64,000 nt of DNA from a virus. Its lineage: Duplodnaviria > Caudoviricetes. Under the pieces are notes generated by a model. That model saw nothing but the letters and a program-made list of their open reading frames with translations. It was not told the origin of the DNA and did no database searches. Made by a program: the position numbers and the translations under genes. This document shows, one piece after another, positions 56,290-64,000 of the stretch. The stretch spans positions 43,481 through 107,480 of IMG/VR virus record IMGVR_UViG_3300025707_000006. One strand, given 5' to 3'. Numbering within the stretch: position 1 is the stretch's first letter; each line of letters starts with the position of its first letter.

Positions 56290-56946
56290 ATGGCTAGTCC
56301 AGTAATTTGTATTCGTGACGCATCTATTACAAATGGATCTCTTATGGTCAAAGATATGTGGCCGAATCGCTCACAGGCGAACCCTGTTGTAGACCCTGCA
56401 CCACAAGGTCCTCGCTATCTTCGTGTTGTTCAGAATGTGCTTCCAGCAGTAGCCGCTAATACCGTATCTGTTGAAGTAAGTGGTTTAGCCGCTTACCTTT
56501 TAGTCACTGTTGATACAGGAGCCAATGGTATTAACCCTACACCTGCACAAGCTAAATCAATGGCTGACGCTCTTATCGTTATTATGAGGGCGGGTGGTGA
56601 ACTTAGTCTTCTCAACATAAATGGAGCTTTAGCTGGTGTTGTTGCAGGTACAGGTACTTTTGGTACAGGGTTATCTACTGCAACTGTAAATAACATCCTT
56701 CAGATTCTTGGAGGTGCTCCATTTACTGTTCCTGCGGCAACTCTTGTACTTAATACCTATCAGACGGAAGCGGCTCAAGCGAACCTCTTTACCTCTCACC
56801 ATAATCCTATTGTTGAAGAAGATTCTAGTTTTTGGATTTCTTTAGCACAGGGAGACCTTCTTGGACTTAAAAGTTCTCGTACCGTTAATGGTGTGGTTCT
56901 AGACCCTTATGTGGTAGTATATGATGGAACTGGCGTTGCTCAGTAA
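56290..56946 (+). CDS. putative virion protein, paralog 3
   Basis: VKDMWPNRSQ, QGP, GLAAYL and VYDGTG motifs. Confidence 0.7.
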   Translation: MASPVICIRDASITNGSLMVKDMWPNRSQANPVVDPAPQGPRYLRVVQNVLPAVAANTVSVEVSGLAAYLLVTVDTGANGINPTPAQAKSMADALIVIMRAGGELSLLNINGALAGVVAGTGTFGTGLSTATVNNILQILGGAPFTVPAATLVLNTYQTEAAQANLFTSHHNPIVEEDSSFWISLAQGDLLGLKSSRTVNGVVLDPYVVVYDGTGVAQ

Positions 56947-56977
56947 TCATATTTATACACATAAGGAGTAAGACAAG

Positions 56978-57199
56978 GTGAAGATTGCCCTATCAGATAA
57001 GAAAGTCTTAGGTGCTTTTTTAAAGCGAAACTCATTTGAAGGTCGTGTTTTAAAAACAGATGGTAATGAGTTAAGAGGAACATGGGGCAACTTACCCCTT
57101 ATTGCTAAATGGGATAAGAAAGATAAACTCATTCAAATCCAATCTAGTGATAAGGGTGTACGCAAGGCACTGTCGGCTTTAGAGACTCTTTTAGAGTAG
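56978..57199 (+). CDS. hypothetical protein
   Basis: AAGGAG SD, GTG start. Confidence 0.6.
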   Translation: MKIALSDKKVLGAFLKRNSFEGRVLKTDGNELRGTWGNLPLIAKWDKKDKLIQIQSSDKGVRKALSALETLLE

Positions 57200-57251
57200 T
57201 CTTTGGTATTATAGGATTGCATTAACACCCTTGAAACCAAAGGCGTATACT

Positions 57252-57512
57252 ATGGATACCGAGATTAAACCAGAGCCTCTTTACAAGACCTCTGATCTAT
57301 ACTTTGCGGCTTATTTAAAGACCACAGGTATGGAACTATTAAAGACAGAACTAGATGGTCGTAAAGTAATCTTCGTATTTGAAAAGCACCATAGTTTCAA
57401 AGACCTTAAAAGAGAATACTTTAACCGTACCTCAAGAGTACCTGCTCTTACCTTTGTTGATGAGATCAGATCCATGAAGTCTTTAACCTACATGGCTAAA
57501 GAAGATTTATAG
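57252..57512 (+). CDS. DUF5659-like small protein
   Basis: YKTSDLYFAAYL...VIFVFE. Confidence 0.6.
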   Translation: MDTEIKPEPLYKTSDLYFAAYLKTTGMELLKTELDGRKVIFVFEKHHSFKDLKREYFNRTSRVPALTFVDEIRSMKSLTYMAKEDL

Positions 57513-57521
57513 TTTCTTTAT
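57507..57521 (+). promoter_or_regulatory. class A variant TTATAGTTTCTTTAT
   Basis: Upstream of tagged gene 57560. Confidence 0.6.
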
Positions 57522-57559
57522 AATTGCTCCTTTGTGTCCACAACACAAAGGAGATTGCT

Positions 57560-58054
57560 TTGAAAAGATTAGCCTCAGAAATCATAAGTGAGTTAGAAAC
57601 TCGTATTGCTCGCCTTGAAAAACAAGCTACTTCAAGTCGCAGAGCCTCAAGTCGCAGAGCCTCAAGTCGATACGCAGACCCATTTTTGGCTGAACTACAA
57701 TCTGACATTGATGACGGTATGCACATGGCAAATGAGTTTCAAGCAGGGAGAAATCCTGATGGTCAAGGGTGGTCGAATGAAACTCAAAAAGATTACAACA
57801 GCCCACCTGCTCCTAAGAACCAAGCAGATTGCTACACCGAAGACAACCTTGAAGGTCTCGGTAAGCCTGGTGATGGGGTGACTTGTTACCGACTCCACCA
57901 TGAATATGGAAAAGCAAACTCTGGAAAACCAGGATCATCAGCAAGACAAAAGTACAATAAAAAGTATCGTGAGAACTTCATGGACTCACCAAGTATCCAA
58001 AGAAAAACCTGTCCAAAACCTGGTGGTGGGAGTGGTCCTTGCAACAGAGGATAA
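57560..58054 (+). CDS. tagged protein (leader variant plus SSRRA repeats)
   Basis: TTG start after AAAGGAG; KRLASEIISELETRIARLEKQATSSRRASSRRASSRYA. Confidence 0.75.
   Translation: MKRLASEIISELETRIARLEKQATSSRRASSRRASSRYADPFLAELQSDIDDGMHMANEFQAGRNPDGQGWSNETQKDYNSPPAPKNQADCYTEDNLEGLGKPGDGVTCYRLHHEYGKANSGKPGSSARQKYNKKYRENFMDSPSIQRKTCPKPGGGSGPCNRG
57632..57669 (+). repeat. 15-bp tandem repeat (SSRRA, ~2.5 copies)
   Basis: tcaagtcgcagagcc repeated. Confidence 0.9.
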
Positions 58055-58453
58055 TCAGCGATTGGTGTGAGTGAAGATTTCTACATCTACCTCACCATTC
58101 CCATGAGATGCCTTACGGATAGAGTATTGAGCAAGTCGGATACTGTTCCACTTATACAATACCTCTTCTGTGGGCATCTTCATTTGATAACCACGCTCAA
58201 AGTTAAAGGTACTGACCTTCACTAAGCGATGTCTCTTGTCATAAGTACATTTATAGACTTGAGCGATGGGTACAATATGCTTAATCTCAGTCTTGATATA
58301 TTTGATTTCCTTTACTGGCCAACCACAACCTTTGGACTCTGGAACATTCAAAAAAACGAACCGAGATGAGGGTGTTGTTTTAGAGGTAAATAAAAACAAC
58401 ATCGTCATAAGGGAAATCATCATTATAGCAAAGACTGCGTTTTGGTTTTTCAT
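58055..58453 (-). CDS. membrane-anchored or secreted protein
   Basis: MKNQNAVFAIMMISLMTMLFLF. Confidence 0.6.
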   Translation of the reverse strand: MKNQNAVFAIMMISLMTMLFLFTSKTTPSSRFVFLNVPESKGCGWPVKEIKYIKTEIKHIVPIAQVYKCTYDKRHRLVKVSTFNFERGYQMKMPTEEVLYKWNSIRLAQYSIRKASHGNGEVDVEIFTHTNR

Positions 58454-59160
58454 GGACTCACCTTGTAAGTATAAAAAGAAGGTGTCCGACAACCCTCTTC
58501 ATAAGAAACCTGTCCTTGACCCTCATAATCATAAGAAACAGTAGGCGTAAGCCAGACAAAGTGAGTCAGAGCAACATCTATAAAACCACTCGTTTGTTTG
58601 ACGAGTTTAAAGAAAACTATCTTCATTGAGGAGTGAGTCTCCCAAGCCTCTATGTCGATTGCTGATGACTCAGGTATCTGAACAAGGTCATAACTTGCCC
58701 TCTTTGGTATGTTAGTCAATCGATAAAGCCTGCCTTTGGGGATGAGCGTGTGGGGTAGAAAAGTAAACCCCTCAAAGTCAACAGAATAAAGCCAGTAAGT
58801 GTCCATGACCGAACAGAACTCTGCATTTGATGCACCTCTTAAATCAGAGAGCATGGATCGGTAGAGACTCTTGTACTCATCTGTCCTCGAAAACACTTTC
58901 CTCTTCAATGGGGTATTGTAAACCCTCCTAATGTCGGGTCGGTAGTCAAAAAGATTCTTCCCCACAAGACCTTGAAGGACAAGTGAAAGACAAAGGCTGT
59001 CACCGAACTCACAGCTCGGTGCATATTTGAAATAAGAAGATTGACAGGTGGATGTGGTCTTCAACACTTCTGCATCACCCACACACTCCAATGCGTGAGC
59101 TGAAACAGTCGTTAAAAGCAAGAGAATAGAAAATAAGTAGTGAACCATAAGTAGCTCCAT
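58450..59160 (-). CDS. secreted protein with signal peptide
   Basis: LFSILLLLTTVSAHA signal-like segment. Confidence 0.6.
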   Translation of the reverse strand: MELLMVHYLFSILLLLTTVSAHALECVGDAEVLKTTSTCQSSYFKYAPSCEFGDSLCLSLVLQGLVGKNLFDYRPDIRRVYNTPLKRKVFSRTDEYKSLYRSMLSDLRGASNAEFCSVMDTYWLYSVDFEGFTFLPHTLIPKGRLYRLTNIPKRASYDLVQIPESSAIDIEAWETHSSMKIVFFKLVKQTSGFIDVALTHFVWLTPTVSYDYEGQGQVSYEEGCRTPSFYTYKVSP

Positions 59161-59225
59161 AAAAGGTTAAACTATATACATTATATGACTTCTACACCAA
59201 ACACTCTACCCTCAGATGGGATCTT

Positions 59226-59240
59226 TAATAGTTTATTTAT
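59226..59240 (+). promoter_or_regulatory. class A motif TAATAGTTTATTTAT
   Basis: Exact consensus with the same CTT prefix as the cassettes. Confidence 0.7.
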
Positions 59241-59302
59241 AAAAGATTAACTGTAACCCTTTAAATATATCCTTGTAGATAACTCTTGAAAGGAGAAACA
59301 AG

Positions 59303-60019
59303 ATGGCACGACAAGACTATGTAAACATCACTCGCCACGAACTAGAAGAGTGGCTTGACTCAAACTTTGGCTCATGGAGTCGAGTTGTAGGCAAAGCTGG
59401 TGTATACCTTATCGAACTTTCGGATCGTGTGGCTGTGAAGCTCTCATCGACCCAAAAAGATAGTGGAGGAGCAGTCTCTAAAGGTAATGCTTCTATGAAT
59501 CTTAGCCTTGTGAGTCGAGTTGATGGTAAACTTCTTAATCGTAAGGCGAGAGATCGAAGATACTTCCAACGCACAACCAACTGGAAAAAGACTTGGAAGA
59601 AAGGTGTTGATCACTGGATCAGCATCTATGAGGACAAGGACGAGTTTTATGAGAAGATCGCTGACAGACAAGGATACAAGACCAAATGGCTCGGTATGAT
59701 CGACTCCCTACCTAACGGAGGGTCTGATAGAGAGATCATCAAGAGCCGAGACACCCTTGAGGGTGGGGGCGTTCTATGGGCTAACCAAGAGCGTTATATC
59801 CTAGACTCTGTGAGATCTAGTCGCACCCAATCCACCACTCCATCAAACACTCTCGATGTATCTAAGTTGCGTGATCTTTATCGCAAAGCTCGATCCGAAG
59901 GCTATCGTGACGACATGGACATCATCAAAGACTTAGGTCTAAAAGCTCGTGATGGTATCGCACCCTCTCGACAAGAACAATCAACCTACAAAGCACTGCG
60001 TTTGCAATACCGAATCTAA
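59303..60019 (+). CDS. hypothetical protein
   Basis: AAAGGAG SD; 238 aa. Confidence 0.75.
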   Translation: MARQDYVNITRHELEEWLDSNFGSWSRVVGKAGVYLIELSDRVAVKLSSTQKDSGGAVSKGNASMNLSLVSRVDGKLLNRKARDRRYFQRTTNWKKTWKKGVDHWISIYEDKDEFYEKIADRQGYKTKWLGMIDSLPNGGSDREIIKSRDTLEGGGVLWANQERYILDSVRSSRTQSTTPSNTLDVSKLRDLYRKARSEGYRDDMDIIKDLGLKARDGIAPSRQEQSTYKALRLQYRI

Positions 60020-60081
60020 AATATCTCAATAGGTCGTTTATAATCAACAATTGAGGTGGCAATCTAACTGAGGAGATCCCT

Positions 60082-60645
60082 ATGAACATTAATCGTAAAA
60101 TCATCAAACAAATCACCAGTGCTGTAGAAACCTTCTACGACCATTCTTACAAGCGAAGTTCTTTCAAGCAACTTGAAGTTCTTGGACGAGAACGCTTCGA
60201 GGATATGGATGTGGAGGGTGAAGCCTTCGCACCAAAGCCATTTGAGGACTTAATTGACCCTCAAATTGTCGCTGTCTCCAAAAGACAAGAATATGTCGTG
60301 GTCTTTGGTGTAGGTGCTACATACCAAGTCGAAGCTCCCGATATGTACGAGAGTCAAGGAGGTAGTTACACCAATAATGCTTTTGCACTTGTTGATATGT
60401 CAGGTAAAAGACCTCAAGTTGAAAAGTTCATCGTAGGTCGTGAAAACGACTCAAAGAAGGATCTCTTGAAGAAGCACCTTGAGGCTGGTGGATTTGAACA
60501 CCTCAATGATCGTGCTCTAAAGAAAGACCTCAGAGATGAAGATCTTCAGATGTCTTACCTTGAGAGCAGAGACTATGGCAAAACCGAGTGGGAAGATCCA
60601 GAAGAGTATCGAAAGATGCGTGAGATGGACGATGAGCTAGTCTAA
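60082..60645 (+). CDS. hypothetical protein
   Basis: GAGGAG SD; class A variant CAATAGGTCGTTTAT at 60027-60041. Confidence 0.7.
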   Translation: MNINRKIIKQITSAVETFYDHSYKRSSFKQLEVLGRERFEDMDVEGEAFAPKPFEDLIDPQIVAVSKRQEYVVVFGVGATYQVEAPDMYESQGGSYTNNAFALVDMSGKRPQVEKFIVGRENDSKKDLLKKHLEAGGFEHLNDRALKKDLRDEDLQMSYLESRDYGKTEWEDPEEYRKMREMDDELV

Positions 60646-60894
60646 ATCTTCATCCACTGTAGCAAAGCTATCCCAAAAAAGATCTTTGTCCACAGTACCT
60701 AAGATTTCTTGACCGTCAAGAGTCCTCAAGACCCATTGGTCAACTAACACTGACCACTCACCTTGTGGATCAAGTACAGTAATGCAGGTGTCGTTGACCT
60801 TAGCTTCAATGCCGATGAATCCGATTACTTCATCTGCGTTATCGCCTATGTATTGAACAGCTTCAAACTCTTCAACCTGCTTCGTTATCTTCAT
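60637..60894 (-). CDS. conserved phage hypothetical protein
   Basis: FEAVQY...QWVLR...F pattern. Confidence 0.65.
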   Translation of the reverse strand: MKITKQVEEFEAVQYIGDNADEVIGFIGIEAKVNDTCITVLDPQGEWSVLVDQWVLRTLDGQEILGTVDKDLFWDSFATVDEDLD

Positions 60895-61141
60895 CTTCTT
60901 CCTCCCTTGTCTTATGCGAAAACCCTAGCTTAATACCAGCCGACCTCTTTGATTGCATATAAGGGGCAAACTGATCGGATAATAAGTTATATAGCGATTC
61001 GGCAAGCCAGTTGGGGTTTTCTTTATCTTCATAGACATATGTCTCAACCGCACCCTCAATGACTTCACTACCCGTACAAACAAGCCAGCCATTCCTCACT
61101 CGTCTAATTAGTATATCACCGTATTCATATTCGGGTTTCAT
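60872..61141 (-). CDS. hypothetical protein
   Basis: ILIRRVRNGWLV pattern. Confidence 0.6.
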   Translation of the reverse strand: MKPEYEYGDILIRRVRNGWLVCTGSEVIEGAVETYVYEDKENPNWLAESLYNLLSDQFAPYMQSKRSAGIKLGFSHKTREEEDEDNEAG

Positions 61142-61189
61142 TTATAGACCTTTTATATGCAAGGGTAGTTAAAGTATAAGGAGACAAAA

Positions 61190-61519
61190 ATGAAAATATC
61201 ACTAACTGCCATCTCACTAATTTTAATCTCATGTGGGTCAACCTCACTACCTAAAAACAAAGAAGAACCACATCAAGAAATCCAAATCGACCCTAATCCA
61301 CTTTGCCACCTTGAACAAGGAAAATATCAAGATGAACTTTTAGAATCCATTTTGAGTCGTGATGTGCTTGATCTATTTGAAGAGCCTATCAAGACACCAT
61401 GCAGATACTTAGAACCAGGAGACCCAAGAGAGATACCTCCAGAAAGTAGGACTGCTGTTTGCTCTGTTAGTCAAGAGCAGTTTAAGTGTCAATGCTTTTT
61501 ACAAGACACACAACCTTAA
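61190..61519 (+). CDS. lipoprotein
   Basis: Lipobox-like LISC after a hydrophobic stretch; class A variant at 61142-61156. Confidence 0.65.
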   Translation: MKISLTAISLILISCGSTSLPKNKEEPHQEIQIDPNPLCHLEQGKYQDELLESILSRDVLDLFEEPIKTPCRYLEPGDPREIPPESRTAVCSVSQEQFKCQCFLQDTQP

Positions 61520-61558
61520 TCACTACATGAGGTGTTCAAAAGAGTACTTTGTCTCCAA

Positions 61559-61762
61559 TCATCTCGGTGAATGACCCTCGTCAAAATCAATCTCATGTTC
61601 ATGCTCTAAGGTGTGAGAGGGTTCGGGGATTGTAAAGTCGTGTAACTTATCCCCCCATGAAGACAGCCCAATGAGATGAAGGATCTCCATGATTGGATGT
61701 GCGACAAGATTATGGATTGACCACTTAAAGTAGCCTAATCGGTCAAAGATATTTCTCTTCAT
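61559..61762 (-). CDS. hypothetical protein
   Basis: WSIHNLVAHP...LHDFT pattern. Confidence 0.6.
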   Translation of the reverse strand: MKRNIFDRLGYFKWSIHNLVAHPIMEILHLIGLSSWGDKLHDFTIPEPSHTLEHEHEIDFDEGHSPR

Positions 61763-61866
61763 TTTTTTTCGCCCTTTGGTTTGTAAAGGTAGATTGTGAG
61801 GATTATCAAAACAGAAAGGTAGACTGCAAACTCTACATCATCTATCGGGAGGGGGAACAAAGTCAT
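61759..61866 (-). CDS. 35-aa membrane peptide
   Basis: MTLFPLPIDDVEFAVYLSVLIILTIYLYKPKGEKK; ATGA overlap with next gene. Confidence 0.45.
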   Translation of the reverse strand: MTLFPLPIDDVEFAVYLSVLIILTIYLYKPKGEKK

Positions 61867-61871
61867 TTTGA

Positions 61872-62051
61872 TTAATGTGTATTACAAGTCATTGCTTGTA
61901 CAAACTCAGTCTTAGACTCATAAGGAGCAATAGAGATATGACGAACATTCACCCCGCCAAGTGGTCTCCAGTTATTAATCATCACCATGTGATTATTCAC
62001 TAACTCTTCGAGTTCTTCAACGCTATCCGCTGTTAAGATTTTATACTTCAT
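61872..62051 (-). CDS. DUF1737-like small protein (59 aa, not in the ORF track)
   Basis: MKYKIL...LEELVN...WRPLGGV...FVQAM; AAGGAG SD. Confidence 0.7.
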   Translation of the reverse strand: MKYKILTADSVEELEELVNNHMVMINNWRPLGGVNVRHISIAPYESKTEFVQAMTCNTH

Positions 62052-62087
62052 TTGTTTAACTCCTTTTTAAGGTGTGTTTTGTGTAAG

Positions 62088-62120
62088 TGGACTCGGAGGG
62101 ACTTGAACCCTCGACCGACC
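62088..62120 (-). pseudogene. 3' fragment of a tRNA gene
   Basis: GGTC-GAGGG-TTCAAGT-CCCTC-CGAGTCC-A gives a T-arm and acceptor 3' strand; no 5' half upstream. Confidence 0.7.
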
Positions 62121-62942
62121 TTACCCACTAAATATGTCAGTTTTTAATATTTTGGCTGGTATGTGGGTCGCCCCCATCTCTAGTGCCTTCGCTACTCTAT
62201 GGTATCCATCAAGCAAGACAAGAGATTTATGGAGCAAGATAAACTTTGTAGTGTCTGCTTGGTCTTTTCTATTGGTTTCAATCAAGACCTTGTTACTACG
62301 GCAAATAGTGCTAATTTCAACACTAATGATAGGCTCATCTTTTAGTCGCCATAAAACATCTTGGATGGTGACTTTCGAGCCGCCAGTGTCGATCCAATGT
62401 GTGTTTTCCCAGCATTTTGCCAACTCCTTTTTAAGACGAGAGATTTTACGATCTAATGTTGGTTCTCTCCTCCACCAATAACTAGCGTCAAAACCGTCTT
62501 CTCGATTCTCTCTCATCCAATGTGCTCTACAATTCTCAAGATTGTCGTAGGGGTTTTCCCCCGCAACACAGTGACAGTCATACCAATAGTCACTCTCTGA
62601 AGGGTCTACTGTGGCTAAGTATTTGTCGCAACTCCTACAGGTCTTCACGAGGGCTTCCGTCATCGGCCTCAGAGTTTCAGGAAACTTCTTACGAATCTTC
62701 CCCCTTACAAAGTCGTAGGAGTCAATTTGCAAGTTGACACAATCTCGATCAGATTGATCATATTCGGTGGTCTTCTGTCTCATCTTATAGGTATCTGAGG
62801 TGTCCTCCACAAGACCTGTCTCTTTCTGTATAGACAGGATCTTAGAATCCAAATTGGAGATCATCGTCTGAATGAACGAGTCATTTTTATTGGGTAATAA
62901 AGTATTTCTTACCTTGCAGAGCATTTTAAGTTCTTTTTCCAT
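62121..62942 (-). CDS. protein with C-terminal ParB/Srx-like domain
   Basis: LLDGYHRVAKA...IPA; central Cys cluster. Confidence 0.65.
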   Translation of the reverse strand: MEKELKMLCKVRNTLLPNKNDSFIQTMISNLDSKILSIQKETGLVEDTSDTYKMRQKTTEYDQSDRDCVNLQIDSYDFVRGKIRKKFPETLRPMTEALVKTCRSCDKYLATVDPSESDYWYDCHCVAGENPYDNLENCRAHWMRENREDGFDASYWWRREPTLDRKISRLKKELAKCWENTHWIDTGGSKVTIQDVLWRLKDEPIISVEISTICRSNKVLIETNRKDQADTTKFILLHKSLVLLDGYHRVAKALEMGATHIPAKILKTDIFSG

Positions 62943-62972
62943 TATGTTCCTCGATCAAAGAATCTAAAGTTA

Positions 62973-63045
62973 TGGGCCGTCTGGGACTCGAACCCAGAAC
63001 CTGCGGATTAAAAGTCCGATGCTCTACCAATTGAGCTAACAGCCC
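62973..63045 (-). tRNA. trnK: tRNA-Lys (UUU)
   Basis: GGGCTGT/ACGGCCC acceptor, anticodon loop CT-TTT-AA, GGTTCGAGTCC; CCA not encoded. Confidence 0.95.
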
Positions 63046-63296
63046 TCATGTAATACCTTATATGATTGGAGTCATCTTCTATCCCTCTTTAGAGCTTCTT
63101 TTCAAGTCTTTTGACTTTATAAAGAAGCTTATCAACGCAGACTTCATTTTTTCTACTAGAAGAACACCTTGCTCCTACCCAACGATCTTTTTTACATCTC
63201 ACACAATAAATACTCTTGTTATCATACATAATCTGATCCCCTTAAAGGTAATGTGATGAGATTATTATATGATATAGTCGATAAACTTAACTTGTA

Positions 63297-63369
63297 TGAT
63301 CCATACGGGATTTGAACCCGTGTTACCAGAGTGAAAGTCTGGCGTCCTAACCGACTAGACGAATGGACC
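63297..63369 (-). tRNA. trnE: tRNA-Glu (UUC)
   Basis: GGTCCAT/ATGGATC acceptor, CCAGA-CTTTCAC-TCTGG, GGTTCAAATCC; CCA not encoded. Confidence 0.95.
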
Positions 63370-63431
63370 TCATTTGGGTGGTGGGGGTAAACCTTTTATA
63401 TGAGCTAGAGGCTACCTTGCAAGCTCTTTTT

Positions 63432-63800
63432 TTAGTCTGGGAGGGTGAAGTATCGAGGATCAGGTTCACCGACAAGGAACGCTACGATATCCTTGTCTGC
63501 ACCCTTACTAAGTAGCTTGCTAGGGTTGTCCTCATCGAGAATACAGTCGAACTCGAAGAAGCCTCTCAGCGTGTCCAAGAGATTGTACTCTTGGAGGAGG
63601 TGATGAGCCATCTCGTTGAACTGCTGATCAAGACTCTCATGGGGCCAAACCATCGTTCCATCAAGATAGTTTCTCCCACAACCCATCATCGCAAACTGAC
63701 GAGCAAGGTAGGGGAGGTTCGGGTTCTCAAGGTGAGACTTGATCTCACGCTCAAAGCTCCGAACCCACTCAAAGTGGTTATATGTTAAGTCGTATGCCAT
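63432..63800 (-). CDS. hypothetical protein (early-type)
   Basis: AAAGGAG SD before MAYDL; GTAACCCCTTA at 63816-63826. Confidence 0.65.
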   Translation of the reverse strand: MAYDLTYNHFEWVRSFEREIKSHLENPNLPYLARQFAMMGCGRNYLDGTMVWPHESLDQQFNEMAHHLLQEYNLLDTLRGFFEFDCILDEDNPSKLLSKGADKDIVAFLVGEPDPRYFTLPD

Positions 63801-64000
63801 CTTGTTTCTCCTTTCTAAGGGGTTACACTCGGAAGTCGTCCATCTCAACAATGAGGCGAGCTTCAAACATATCGTGGCATTTGAGGATGTTGAGGATAGT
63901 TTCGATCTTAGGGATTGGACGAACCCCGTTTGCAAGGATTGTGGTATGCTCATCTCGGTATGACTTGATGCGAGCGATACGAGATGCGTTAGTCTCAGCG

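Noticed and set aside
62088-62972. tRNA split by an intron carrying the ParB-like ORF
   Set aside because: The 30 nt between the ORF start and tRNA-Lys contain no tRNA 5' half.
1-64000. Stop-codon reassignment or eukaryotic giant virus origin
   Set aside because: Genes are long and dense under the standard code with all three stops used; SD sequences, coupled operons and baseplate genes indicate a tailed prokaryotic virus.

Overview
A 64-kb segment of a large, gene-dense dsDNA tailed phage, probably a jumbo myophage using the standard genetic code. A probable lipoprotein and a beta-barrel-like protein suggest a diderm host. The window contains a Toprim primase, a family A DNA polymerase with two Cys4 insertions, GIY-YIG, Nudix, SNase, GNAT and GGCT accessory enzymes, and a ~24-kb baseplate/tail block (27.3-51.3 kb). 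It also holds three paralogous virion-type genes, tRNA-Lys, tRNA-Glu and a tRNA 3' fragment. Capsid, terminase, portal and sheath genes were not recognised. The most striking structure is a reusable cassette of a late-type promoter (TAATAGTTTATTTAT), an RBS and a ~23-aa leader (MRRSASEIIxNLExRIARLE[KR]Q[AS]). It is fused to unrelated cargo proteins, is repeated inside polyproteins, and one copy is flanked by a 13-bp direct repeat. I interpret it as a capsid-targeting and processing tag. Also notable are two promoter classes, a divergent pair of sigma-factor-like genes (one carrying the tag), a DUF1874/AcrIII-1-like candidate ring nuclease and a candidate one-piece spanin of unusual topology. 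All family calls come from reading motifs by eye; no database search was run.
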